From Nemertoderma westbladi (lineage: Eukaryota > Animalia > Xenacoelomorpha), in contig JAUCBJ010005606.1 of assembly GCA_032718475.1 (NCBI GenBank), positions 1-64,000 on the forward strand: DNA of 64,000 bases. The letters are read 5' to 3'. Made by a program: the position numbers and the translations under genes. Positions 23,539 to 37,475 of this stretch are shown here, piece after piece. Under the pieces are notes generated by a model, which worked only from the letters and a program-made list of their open reading frames with translations, ran no database searches and was not told the DNA's origin. Positions within the stretch are counted from its first letter, which is position 1. Each line of letters begins with the position of its first letter.

Positions 23539-26500
23539 ATGTATACCTGCATATATATCATTGCCATTTATTACTTAGTTTTGCTTCCCGAGAGTTACAG
23601 TTATTTCACTGTGAATAATTTCAATATATTAGGTACAACAAACTCCAAAAATATATCATACCCTAATCCAGTTGATAAATCAGTATGTTTTCAATGCAGC
23701 TGTTCCTCTTTGACGGGGACAACATGCAAATTAAAATCCGAAGACATAAATTCTGGAAGGGCTTTTGTCACCTGCAAAAATCCATATTCTGGCCTTTCCA
23801 AATGGTCATATAAGGGTCAGTCTTTAACTCCTATAACGTTTGTCCAACCTGATACAACGCATTTCTTTATTAATAATGTTAACTACTGGAAGGATGAGAT
23901 TGCCCCGACCCTAGAGTGTAGTGGAAATGGCTTTGCTAATAGTTGTTTGTTCAAATGTTCCATTGATCTTCAAATTCAATATCCAGCTGAACGGGTCGAG
24001 ATTTATTATGGGATCTTACCTTTAAATGATTTAAGGGTCAAAGAAGGAGACGATGTTGATTTGCGTTGTGAGTATAAAGATGGTAATCCTCCAACCCAAT
24101 ACCATAAATGGTATAAAGATGAAGAAATGATAGAACATAAAGATTCGAAGTTCCTTAATTTGAAAAAAATATCAAAGCATGAGGCAGGGCAGTATAAATG
24201 TGAAGCCTTAACGAGATATTGGGATGGAGTGATTGAATCTACATCTTCAAAACTTGGTAAAATTACAGTTGAATATTGTGACAACATGATCTTGCACCTT
24301 GGGATGACTTGGGAATCACCACAACCAAACCAAATTTTAAATTACGATGTCACAATTATTGTTAATGAAATGGTCAAATTTGAGTGGAAATTTGATTCAA
24401 CAACAAACATGTACTTTTTATGGACACAGGGTACCAGTATACAAGAGACTGGTAGCGGAATAAAGTTCATTGCAAGGAAAGACAGTCAAGGGAGTTTGTT
24501 AGCTGAAGCTGTATGTAGCTTTCAGTGCCAAACATGTGAAGTGGTGAGATACAAAGCAAACATAACAATTGACGTTGTATATTGTATAGATGCAAAACTC
24601 ATTATTACTTATAATGGGATTCCAGCCTCAACCCTAAATGATGGCAATGTTCTTGTTATAAGAGATAGTGAGGTTGTGTTGCAAATGGAAGTTGATGCTA
24701 ATATTGAACTTTTTTACAGCTGGAAGGGGCCTGGTATAATAAACTCAAATATACCTCAACAAGTTTTTATTGCAACAACCAATAGTAACGGCCAATTCAA
24801 TGCCTCTGTGTCATGTTTATATGACAAATCTTTAGAATATGCAAAAGATTACTCTTTCAATTTCAACTTGACAATTGGAATTCCTCCTGAGCTAGACAAT
24901 CCAGAACAAGTTGAGGAAGTTGATAAACATGAAAATGTTACAATGAAATGTGAAGCCTGGAGCAATCCGCCACCAAGAGGTGACTATGGAGTTGTAGAGT
25001 GGCGATTTCAAAATCCAAACAATGACCCAATTAGGCCAGACAACAAGACGAAATTGATCACCATAGATTCTAAAGATTTGACAAATAATGGAAAAATTAT
25101 AAAATGGTATACTATAACATCGTTAACTATTGTGAACGCTGTGGTACAAAATGGCGGAGAATATTATTGCGATTTTATTAATGGTGTTGGGGTAAAGGGA
25201 AGTGGTGTAATTGAATTGATCATCAGAAGAGAACCGGAAAGAATTGATGTGAAATCAATAGAAGTTGAATGGCTCAATGCAACACAAATGAAAATATCTT
25301 GGCAAGAAAGCGATAATGGTGGTTATACACAGTATTATCAGATTGAGTTATATGAATTTCCATTGAATCCTATACTGAAAGAAGAACCAACTAATGAAAC
25401 ATCTCTAAATCTCTTACAAAAGTTAAACCTTAGTGAGGGCAATAGTGAATTTGTTCAAAGTGGCGTCAGTGAAAATTATGAATATCAGCTATACTATCAA
25501 TCATGTAATAGGCTGGGGTGCACTGTCAAAGAACATGAATATATCAAATATAACTATACCTCTACCAAATTAACCGAATCAACACAAGGTCTCAGTGAAA
25601 GAACAACAATTACCATTGCTGTTGTTATATCTGTAACAATTATTATTAGCATAGCAATTGCTTTATACTATATTATATTTCGAATAACAAGAAAACCAAA
25701 GAAGTGTGAAGAACCTCTTGTAAATACTTCACAAGGAAAAACAGAAAATGATGTTTGCATTGAATATATAGAATATGGATCAGCCAATTATGCAAATAAT
25801 AGGAAATCTCTAACTGAATACAAAACTAAAACAAACCGGGAATCATTACGCTCAAATGACTCAACAAAAGATGCCGCAGATATATATGCAGAATATGCGG
25901 TGTCTGGTAGTTCAATGGAGGAACTTAAGAAAGAGCTGAAAAGTGCAAAAAACGATTTAGTTCTTAAAAATACAAAGAATGATCAATGTGTATCGAATGT
26001 TCCTCCAAGAAATGTTACCTTTGGTGTTAAGGACCATTCACGCTTCTCCACTGCAGTCCCAGATGCTCATGACAACCAAGTCACAGTAGATAATGACGAC
26101 TATGTGGAACTTGGGAGTGAAACCTACTACACTACAGACACTATTAATGTGACTAAACCAACTGAACAACCAACACCAACAACACAAACAACAAAACAGA
26201 AGGGTTACTTGAAGAGGTTACGGGCACTAGCTAAGAGTTTCTCCAAGAATGCTATTAATTCACCCAAGAATGATAACCCAGTTGACCATGAATACTTTGT
26301 CTATGATTGTCAACACAAAATCAATTCCCAAGGGAGGAAAGGGACATCTATGACTACTGATAATCCTGCATTTTTACCAGATCCCGAAGATAACTCACTC
26401 AGCTATATTCCAACAACCTCAAGTGAACGATTGAATACCAATAGATGGAGTTCAAATACAACAGACAATGACCAGGAACCTGCAGAATATTTTGTAATTG

Positions 26501-26979
26501 AACGACACAACTCCATGGAATGTCTGGAAGTTGAATATGGAAGTTCAACGTCTTTCCCAAATACTAAAATAAAACAAATGCAGAGTTTTAAAGGCACAAT
26601 CGGAAATGTGATGCCTAAATCTAATTTAAGGAATGTCAAAGAAATTAAATCAAAAGATGCCGGCTATGTAGACCAAGAGGCTAATTCTGGAATATATTCT
26701 TCAGTTATAAAACAAGTAAAAAAAGAAAATGATAAACCAATTCATATTCCTGGAGTTGTTAGATCAGAAGATGTAGATAAATACCACCAAAATGATGATG
26801 ATACTGCAGTATATACAACCGTTGTAAAACCGCTAGGGAAAACAGAAGATAAACCAAAAAATATTCCTGGTCTTATAGTTCAACCAAATGAAGAGCTTGA
26901 TGGATCTGATACAGAAAAACCGGATATTCCAGAATATAGTCCGGCACTTTTTAACATTGTTGATTATAAAGAGTGGTAG
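23539..26979 (+). CDS. Intronless IgSF type I transmembrane receptor, paralogue B
   Basis: 1146-aa ORF with the same architecture as A. High identity to A from DVVYCIDAK onward, strongly divergent N-terminal third; ends IVDYKEW. Confidence 0.88.
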   Translation: MYTCIYIIAIYYLVLLPESYSYFTVNNFNILGTTNSKNISYPNPVDKSVCFQCSCSSLTGTTCKLKSEDINSGRAFVTCKNPYSGLSKWSYKGQSLTPITFVQPDTTHFFINNVNYWKDEIAPTLECSGNGFANSCLFKCSIDLQIQYPAERVEIYYGILPLNDLRVKEGDDVDLRCEYKDGNPPTQYHKWYKDEEMIEHKDSKFLNLKKISKHEAGQYKCEALTRYWDGVIESTSSKLGKITVEYCDNMILHLGMTWESPQPNQILNYDVTIIVNEMVKFEWKFDSTTNMYFLWTQGTSIQETGSGIKFIARKDSQGSLLAEAVCSFQCQTCEVVRYKANITIDVVYCIDAKLIITYNGIPASTLNDGNVLVIRDSEVVLQMEVDANIELFYSWKGPGIINSNIPQQVFIATTNSNGQFNASVSCLYDKSLEYAKDYSFNFNLTIGIPPELDNPEQVEEVDKHENVTMKCEAWSNPPPRGDYGVVEWRFQNPNNDPIRPDNKTKLITIDSKDLTNNGKIIKWYTITSLTIVNAVVQNGGEYYCDFINGVGVKGSGVIELIIRREPERIDVKSIEVEWLNATQMKISWQESDNGGYTQYYQIELYEFPLNPILKEEPTNETSLNLLQKLNLSEGNSEFVQSGVSENYEYQLYYQSCNRLGCTVKEHEYIKYNYTSTKLTESTQGLSERTTITIAVVISVTIIISIAIALYYIIFRITRKPKKCEEPLVNTSQGKTENDVCIEYIEYGSANYANNRKSLTEYKTKTNRESLRSNDSTKDAADIYAEYAVSGSSMEELKKELKSAKNDLVLKNTKNDQCVSNVPPRNVTFGVKDHSRFSTAVPDAHDNQVTVDNDDYVELGSETYYTTDTINVTKPTEQPTPTTQTTKQKGYLKRLRALAKSFSKNAINSPKNDNPVDHEYFVYDCQHKINSQGRKGTSMTTDNPAFLPDPEDNSLSYIPTTSSERLNTNRWSSNTTDNDQEPAEYFVIERHNSMECLEVEYGSSTSFPNTKIKQMQSFKGTIGNVMPKSNLRNVKEIKSKDAGYVDQEANSGIYSSVIKQVKKENDKPIHIPGVVRSEDVDKYHQNDDDTAVYTTVVKPLGKTEDKPKNIPGLIVQPNEELDGSDTEKPDIPEYSPALFNIVDYKEW

Positions 26980-27645
26980 TAACTATAATATAAAGATAAT
27001 CTCCTAACAGATAGAGGGAAAATTAAATTGGCGCAAGGCGGCAAGTTGGCCATCACGGAAAATTACTTTCTCGACTCGCTGAATTAATAATATTAATTAT
27101 CAATTAAGGGAAATAAAAAGAAGCAGGATACAATAGCATGTTAATTAATCAAAACAATAAATGAGAATCAATAGCGCAGGATATAAATTATTATTATTTT
27201 GACGATAACTAGCTGTAATAGTAATTTGTTTCCAAGAGTCCCCAACCATAATAGAAAAACAACTTTCATCTCTACAATTTAATATACATTCCAATTTTGT
27301 GCTTTTGAAAATACTGGTTAAAAATTATGTCCTAAGTATAATTAATTATAAGTGTATTTAAATAAATCAACGATTGTTTTACAAATTATTACATTAATAT
27401 TATTACAGTTACTTTAATAATATTGTAAGAAATACTTTGTATGTATTACCAATAATATTATTAAAAATATTATAATATGTACATCCTTACACTTAATATA
27501 AATATATTATAACCCAAGAAAGACCCAATTGTTTTACAATCCAAAACTCTTCAGAATTTGGTTTCGGTTTATATATTGATAAGATTAAATTCATACTTTT
27601 CTCAACTCCTATATTACCATATTATTATGTCCAAAAGAATACACG

Positions 27646-28060
27646 TTCGTGGGACCTTCGCGCAGCACGAGGCTCAGTTATCAGATACAGGTCAAAATCG
27701 AGAAATTCTATCCCAAAATCGGCATTTAAGACATTTAACCAAACCGCCAATAAGAATAAATCAAAGAAGAGAGAAAGGGGGAACCTTTCTCTTAATCTGC
27801 ACGACTGCCGGACCACCCCAACCCAAAGACACACAGAGGATTAATGTAAGGCAGAGGTATTAACAGGAAAATTGTGTTTTAAATTTTAGGCGAATAGGCG
27901 TTCCAATTTGTAAAAAATATTAAAACTTACCTTATGCGGATAGTATTGATACTGAAATATTAATTTATCATGCTCGCTTACTTTCGTCGCTCGCCCCACA
28001 ACAGACACACCGATTGAGTTAGTTGTACCTGTATGCTAAGCTCGCTTACTTTCGTCGCTA
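27646..28060. mobile_element. Non-autonomous interspersed repeat (Helentron/HINE-like family), short copy
   Basis: gttcgtgggaccttcgcgcagcacgaggctcagttatcagatacag start, plus about 1.5 units of the gctcgcttactttcgtcgctcgccccaca repeat seen at 40616-41572. Confidence 0.55.
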
Positions 28061-29371
28061 TAAAACACTATAACAAATAAATACTAAATAACTAAATAAA
28101 TACTATAAAAAAAATAGTAAATAAAAAATAAATATTTTTAGTGATGGAAAAATACGTGCCGTTTAAAAACACTAACCGAGTAAAGCTAACCACGGCAAAG
28201 TCTATGGTGATATCCTGTTGACGCAAAACCTCTATGGATGAGGCATGAAGCACTTCCGCATCGCATATGCGCAACCAAACAGTATAGTTCTCGAACTTCT
28301 CGCAGCGGAATGCGGAGGGGCTTCTAATAAAAACTCATGATCCTCCTCCCACTGTCTACCAACCCGCAATTTAATAACAGTTTAATTATATTAAAATATT
28401 ACATTTAGGGAATATATTACAACAAATATGGTAAATAAATCCTGATATCACAGGTAACAGTTTAAAACTATACTAACAATCATCTTCATACATCCCTTCT
28501 TTGACCAATTTCACTAAAATATACTATATAAAAAAAATTCTAAAAAAACTAATATTGTATTGTACTGACGACATAGTTTCTTTCCAGACTGCAAGCAATC
28601 TGTAACCATAAAAATCAATCTGTTACTGCAGTACTCTACTACAGGTTGCAGGTGGATGCCCTGAAACACGTTAGTCCTTAAAGTCAGTAGGCAGGCAGTA
28701 GGCCTATTTATACCGGTAGGTAGTAAGGCAGTAAGGTGTAAAAAAAGAGGTAGATGAGCCACACAAATACAGGAATTTAATAATAACAAAATAAAGAGGT
28801 AACAAAAAATAAAAAAAAGAGGCATAAAAGTCATAATGTGATTATACATTATAATAATATAGAACGTTGGTCTGACGTAGCCCGGTAGGGCGAAAACGTT
28901 TACGACTAAATAGTGTTTTTGCTTTATAGTCAGACGTTGAAGACCCCATACTTACCTAAACTTCGGCTTGGTAATTATTATTTTAATTATAATGGAACCA
29001 CTGCTAATAGCCTACCGCTTTATATCTGACAAGATTAAACATCATCCGAAATTATCATGGATGACAAAGCCTCGCACTTTGCCGGGAGGCGAGGTGGAAA
29101 TAGACCATAGCGGGAACAGGCGGGCGTGCCAAATTCTCCCAAATTCCATATGGGCCGTGTGGTCGAGGGCTGACGGCTAGCCTTGTCAGCCAATCTCCAT
29201 TCTTGTTCTTGGTGGTCCTCTAGATAGCTTCAATAGGCTGGAAGAGTACCAACTGCCACCTCATTCTTCTCCCTGTATATGGCATCCTGCGGAATTTGCG
29301 ACTCCTTTAGTACCTGAGACAATTTGGCATTAAGGTTATGGACATTTACATTTAGATGTAGGGCCTAATAT

Positions 29372-29578
29372 TATGGTTTTGTTCAGAAATGAAATGGAAA
29401 AAATGAGAAAGTGCGTCACCAGGGGTGGAACCAGCGCTATACGTACGTTTCAGCATATCAGGCCCCATCAGTAGCGCTAACCAGTTCAGCCACTTGTCCC
29501 TGACATTCACTATCCCACCTAATCCACTTCTATTGAACAGGCAGTCTTAAGTTGCACATATTTCTGAACAAAACCATA
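29372..29578. mobile_element. Small MITE with 19-bp TIRs and tRNA-like interior
   Basis: tatggttttgttcagaaat ... atttctgaacaaaaccata; the minus-strand interior has A-box-like agtggctgaactggttagcgct. Confidence 0.6.
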
Positions 29579-29874
29579 CATAATATTACATCTTTAATTA
29601 CAGTTGCATTAACTGCTCAACTCCAATTTATTTATTTACATTTGGGGCCTTTCCGGACAAGATAGCATCCGAAACAACCTATATCCCATGAATAGAGGCG
29701 GCATGTGCCGGGTCTTTTTGCATTTTTTGATCCTTCAGATCAACTCCACCATGCAGAGCTGGGAAGAGAAAAAGGTCCTCATCAACATCGTTCACATGAG
29801 TCCCAAACAATGCAGGGATGTAGGTGGACAGTATTGCTGTCTGTATTGGGGGAAAATCGGCGACATCTGTTGGG

Positions 29875-30672
29875 ACAACTCCCAAGAGTTAGTACAACTC
29901 CCAAGAGTTAGTACAACTCCCAAGAGTTAGTACAACTCCCAAGAGGTAGTACAACTCCCAAGAGGTAGTACAACTCCCAAGAGTTAGTACAACTCCCAAG
30001 AGTTAGTACAACTCCCAAGAGTTAGTACAACTCCCAAGAGTTAGTACAACTCCCAAGAGTTAGTACAACTCCCAAGAGGTAGTACAACTCCCAAGAGTTA
30101 GTACAACCCCCAAGAGTTAGTACAACTCCCAAGAGGTAGTACAACTCCCAAGAGTTAGTACAACTCCCAAGAGTTAGTACAACTCCCAAGAGTTAGTACA
30201 ACTCCCAAGAGTTAGTACAACTCCCAAGAGGTAGTACAACTCCCAAGAGTTAGTACAACTCCCAAGAGTTAGTACAACTCCCAAGAGTTAGTACAACTCC
30301 CAAGAGTTAGTACAACTCCCAAGAGGTAGTACAACTCCCAAGAGTTAGTACAACTCCCAAGAGTTAGTACAACTCCCAAGAGTTAGTACAACTCCCAAGA
30401 GGTAGTACAACTCCCAAGAGTTAGTACAACTCCCAAGAGTTAGTACAACTCCCAAGAGGTAGTACAACTCCCAAGAGTTAGTACAACTCCCAAGAGTTAG
30501 TACAACTCCCAAGAGTTAGTACAACTCCCAAGAGTTAGTACAACTCCCAAGAGTTAGTACAACTCCCAAGAGTTAGTACAACTCCCAAGAGTTAGTACAA
30601 CTCCCAAGAGGTAGTACAACTCCCAAGAGTTAGTACAACTCCCAAGAGTTAGTACAACTCCCAAGAGGTAGT
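29875..30672. repeat. 19-bp minisatellite ACAACTCCCAAGAG(T/G)TAGT, about 42 copies
   Basis: Near-perfect head-to-tail repeat with one recurrent T/G variant. Confidence 0.95.
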
Positions 30673-31929
30673 CCGATTCGGCGTGGCGGGACCTAGTCAT
30701 CCTGGTAAGGCTGTCCGATGGTACTCTTTTGCCACTTTTATTACTTATTCAGTCAGCCCATATAGTCTCGCACTATGTGTCGCCTGTTTTACACAGGGCA
30801 AAGTCAAACAAGCCAGTAGATATGTTATCACTAAGGCCAAATGGTATGCTTTTAGATTTACTATTACTTGGTCGGGACTGGTACTAAACACTAATAATAA
30901 GTATTCCTAAGCAAATCGTTCACTGACATTAACCAAATATTTCAGCCCTGACGCATCAAAGGGTAAGATGCGCCATGACATCGCGCCATGACATCACGGC
31001 ATATTATATTATACATAGATACATGCATACACCATTACATTCATAAATACATACACACGTGGGCATCACCACTATCACCGGCCGACCCCACATGTAACAC
31101 GTCCAGATTTCGTAATCACCATTGTGAAATCTCTAGTCATATTATCTTTTAGTGAGTTTCAGGAATGTCAGTGACTGACGACCGCATTTCCTTTCTCCAG
31201 CCGGTTTACATAGATCATAGTACCACGTTAGCTGTTGCAGACAAGTCTCACATAGATCATAGTACCCCATTAGCTGTGGCAGACAAGTCTCATCCATTGT
31301 GCCTGCAAGGTGCTTCTAGATTTTGGTAATAAGACGTTGCTATCCAATGACTTGTTAATTAAGTGAACATTGTATCTTATGTTATGAGGTCTGCGCATCA
31401 TCCTGGTGTATGTTTTTATGCACTAACTTGTTGCAAAAATTTGTAGTTTTAGAGACAAACGTTTGGTATCATCCTACAGTGATTTAATTACAGCAAAATC
31501 TCATCGCGGGGATCCCATAGGTCGCAAGTATCATAAACATGCGTGGGCGGGAGAGAATCACAGGTCTTGAAGAATTCTACAAAGATGATTTGAAGATGAA
31601 TGACTTTCCACGTTGACAACTCTTCAATGCCCCCTCGAAGCTGCAGAGTTACAGTCCATTGGCGCGGGTCGGGCTTTGGGGATGGGGCAGGTCTGCGGGG
31701 GTTCGATCTGGCTACCCAATACTGATGAGTGGAATATGGGTGCAACATTATTGTTAAATTTTCTAAACTTTAATTAAATTTAACTCTTTATACAGTATGT
31801 ATTTTCATCATGTATAACCATTAATTATTGTATCCATATATTATATTAATTATATAGTATTTGATGATTTACTAAAAAAAAAAAAAAAAAAAAGGTGGTT
31901 TATATAATATATATATAATATAGTAATAT

Positions 31930-34774
31930 AAATATAGTCAACGCAGTACTCGTCTTCATTATAAGCCTCGTTGTTGTCGTCCTGTTTTGTATTTAAATAT
32001 ATCTCCTAAACGCAGACTGACGATCTTTATAACTACCGATGCATTCAATAGGCGAAGACAGGTATGGTTTTGGTTTATAGGAATATAGTATACGCAGTAC
32101 TCTTCTTCATTATATGCCTCGTTGCGCCTGTCGCTCATCCTGTTTTGTCATAAAATAGTTTTTCTAAACGCAGCCTGACGACCTTTATACAGTTATAACT
32201 AGAGAGCCAGCAAGCTGGCTGGAAGGAGCCCGGGGGGAAGAATCCTAGCCAATACTAAACTAAACAATTGTCTAAATGGTGTGATGATACATAGCTGACT
32301 TTGTGGCTTGCCCCACATAATAAAAAATGAAACCACTAACACTAACAACCGAATATTTATAAGAAAATGCCCATGATTCACAACCAGATAAATAACAAGT
32401 TAGATTTACCAGTACAGGTACGGTTACCTTTCTTTTTGAAAACCATTAGATTTAACAATTAATAGAAGTCTAGGTCGCGGCGAAAAATAATAACGCAAAT
32501 TAAACAACCATACAATCGGCCTACACACTTTTTTATTATTCGAAATAAATTCGCTAACAGAAAATATCTAAACTAATTTATTTATTTACTAATTAATCTA
32601 AACGAGAAGGTGAACAATTGTTTCTACACAATTAATTATGACGACTTTTATGGGATATGTAATATTTACTGTTCAATAATAATTTACAATCTCCCATTCC
32701 AACACATTCCCAGAGAGTAATAATATCATCAATATAACAAACTAAGTGGATTATAATTCGATTTCTTCAGCCAAGTCCAATAGCTATTTTTCTGAAATTT
32801 ATATTGCTAATTTAATTATTTGGCATATTCTGTTTGTGGCGCAGACTAAAATAATAATAACATTGTTGACATACAGTCTTTGAACCTTTCAGTCTTTCTC
32901 AGCAGTACTTTGTGGCTCGTCCCACATAATAAAAACTGAAACTTTGCTATGACAACACACCCGGTTCTTTTAAATTTGCGTGATTTGATTTATGCTCGCA
33001 CCACTATTTGTAAGAAATATTAAAACTTATCTTACAGTATGCCAATGTAGTAATGGTATTAAAATATAATTAAATTAATTTACACTATTAATGCTTCAGC
33101 TAAAAAATCGTTTCAGCTAAAAAATCGTATGTAATAAAAAAAATAAGAATATTTTTAATATGTGTATATGTAATATAGGTATTACTGCTAAGTTAGGCAG
33201 TAGGCCAGAGCGGGCTCCTTAAATACATGCAACTACTGTATTATAGTGTAGGTCAACTATAAAACATTTTGCAATCCACAATGAGTATCGACTGCAATAG
33301 GACACAACACACTGCTTTGTGTAACTAAAATTCATTCTCCTGATCCACCCCCTAACATAGCAGAGTGAGTAACCTTATTGTAGATATACCCTTAGGAAGC
33401 ACTGGGAGAGCAATCAGCTTATGGGGTAATAACATTAGAAACCAACAGCTTATGTGTGAGTAAACATTGCCTTTCCTTATAGCCTACTAGTAAAACTTGG
33501 CAACCAACACGTTTTTCTATGACTGTGTATAACATATTAAGCCATATTTCATCATGAACACCGGCTGTTATTTTACCATTGCTTTTAATTTCGCGACAAA
33601 ACAATGTCAAAAAACTAAATATATCGAATACCACACATAGAATCGATCTGAAATTTTGTAACGCGATTATGAACCTCAAAAGCAATGTACTTGCAAAATT
33701 TCATCAAAATCGCCAGGCAGGAAGTGCCTGAACCTGGATAATTATCAGTCAGTCAGTATGTCAGTCAATGTAATGTATCCTGAAGATTCTTACAGTAAGT
33801 ATCCCGCTGTCAAGCGGGCTCCTAATTATGCGAAGTTTCGAAACTGTTCGAGTAACTGCTGATACATCTATGTGGATATGTGTGATACAACGCCAACGCA
33901 TCGTATGCCGATGTAGTAATATGGGCAGATTCGAAACGGGAAATTCGACGCAAATAACAGCTCGTTATTCTCAAAAATAAAACTGTAACCTGTTCTATTG
34001 TGTTTAGTTTATTGTTTTGGTTAAAATAACGTGCCACCTTAACCTGCTCCTTTCCCTAAATTGAGAATTTAACATTGAGGCGGGATATTAATTCGCCAAG
34101 GCGGGTTTTGCGTCCAGTTTCCCCCCCCCCCCCCCCCTGTCTCAATATGGGTATTGAAATAATAATAAATTAATTAACACTCTTAAAGCTGCAGCGAAAA
34201 AGTGTAGCTAATTTCCTAGAATACATAAAAATTAAAAATATTATTTTTAAGAACATTAATTTTACTACTTTGCAGAAATTAAATTAAACAGTAACCAGAC
34301 AAATATATTGTGGAATAAACTATTTCAGATATAAGCCTACAACAGCCATGCCATGCATAGTATTTGTTATTATATCTGCTTGTTATTATATCTGGTTAGT
34401 TGCCAGTACATAGTCTGATGCAGACCGGTAGGTCGAAAACGTTTACTATTGTATCTTTATCTAATATAATATAACCAGCTAAAGACCCTCAATACTTTAT
34501 TTTTTCTATCATCTTTACTTTATTATATCTGTCATTTTAACTGAGATACAATACAGGCAGGCAGCGTATATGGTGGGGGAGTAAGAATGCTGTCTGGGCT
34601 GTCTATTAAAATTCCCATCTGGTTAGGCTAAGCAACAACTCCCAGCAGCCCTAGCTCCACACCAGCAGAGACTAGATATGGTGACCAATAATGGAGAGGA
34701 TTACATTTGTACTCAATAATTGTGCCGTTTTAATTACGTTTAGATCAATTAAAGACACATTTATTAAAGCAAAT
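31930..34774. repeat. Interspersed repeat blocks duplicated at ~39370-40270
   Basis: Examples: 31940-32197 ~ 39400-39657 (gcagtactcgtcttcattata...gacgatctttata); 33827-33990 plus 34145-34350 ~ 39658-39972; 34707-34774 ~ 40205-40270. Confidence 0.7.
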
Positions 34775-35440
34775 CTACGGAGCCCCTAAAGGGACATGGG
34801 TTTCCCCTTTTTTTTCTAAGTCTGGCCCAGAGATACTAAGTCCGGGCCAGAGATACTAAGTCCGGCCCGGAGATACTATCTCAGGCCCTGAGATACTAAG
34901 TCCGGCCCGGAGATACTATCTCAGGCACGGAGATACTAAGTCCGGCCTGGAGATACTATCTATCTCAGGCCCTGAGATACTAAGTCCGGCCTGGAGATAC
35001 TATCTCAGGCCCGGAGATACTAAGTCCGGCCCGGAGATACTATCTCAGGTCCGGAGATACTAAGTCCGGCCCGGAGATACTATCTCAGGTCCGGAGATAC
35101 TATCTCAGGCCCTGAGATACTAAGTCCGGCCCGGAGATACTATCTCAGGCCCACTGAACAAGGATACTATAGTCCGGCCCGGAGATACTATCTCAGAGCT
35201 ACACTGAGGTACTACGTCCGGCCTCGCAGCAGTACTCTCTCTGGCCCTGAGATACTAAAATGTCTCGGCCCGGATTGCATACTATCTCAATGTGCCCTGA
35301 ATTGATTATCTAAGTCCGGCCCGGAGATACTATCTCATGGCCCGGTGATACTTTAGCTCCGGCCTCGGAGTTACTATCCTCAGGCCCGGAGATACTAAGT
35401 CCGGCCCGGACCATACTATCTCAGGCCCGGTGATACTCTG
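34775..35440. repeat. 20-bp subterminal-type tandem repeat (GAGATACTAAGTCCGGCCCG / GAGATACTATCTCAGGCCCG) following a MITE-like end ctacggagcccctaaagggacatgg
   Basis: Alternating unit variants that decay after ~35150; the insertion interrupts the Helentron-like repeat at aaagcaaat. Confidence 0.75.
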
Positions 35441-35936
35441 CCATCTGCATTTACGCAGTTCCAGCTACTCGTTTATGAGGGCAGCCTATACTTCATAGCT
35501 GCTATTCATACTCACACGTCCATACTCATTTCAGGCACCTTTGTGACTGACCGAATACAGAGACGCTATGTCGTGTTCGGATTTACATACACCTAGCTGT
35601 TGCAGTTTAACTTATCCGCAGGCCATTTAGCCATTGCCTAAACCAAATATACAGTAGGCATAGTTTCTTAGTCCATATTAATAGAAAACAGATCAAGTTC
35701 AAACAGTTTCTGTAGCCGTTGCAAGGGTATTAGATCATTAAGTCTTTATATAATGCCCGTTGGTAGGTCGGCTTTTATTCAATGGCACGGGGTCATGCCT
35801 CCCTCCAAATATGTAACTACTTTGTATTGTGCTGTGCTAACAATACTCTTGTGTCTCCATATTAAATATCTCACAAATTGAAATGTGAAACTTAATTTCC
35901 ATGTTCCCGTCAAGATGTCTGTACTTGTAGAACACG

Positions 35937-37473
<1,537 letters not shown>

Positions 37474-37475
<2 letters not shown>

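Larger units (their letters stand above)
29030..30900 (-). mobile_element. Highly degenerate non-LTR retrotransposon remnant (possibly CRE/RLE type) split by insertions
   Basis: Minus-strand FPPIQTAILSTYIPALFG...LFLFPALHGGVDL resembles the FIPAL..LP...GGLG post-RT motif; further downstream NGDWLT and YG..PRLPAKC-like remnants. Confidence 0.35.

Noticed and set aside
29875-30672. 19-bp array as CRISPR or telomere
   Set aside because: Head-to-tail with no spacers and not a telomeric unit; an ordinary minisatellite.
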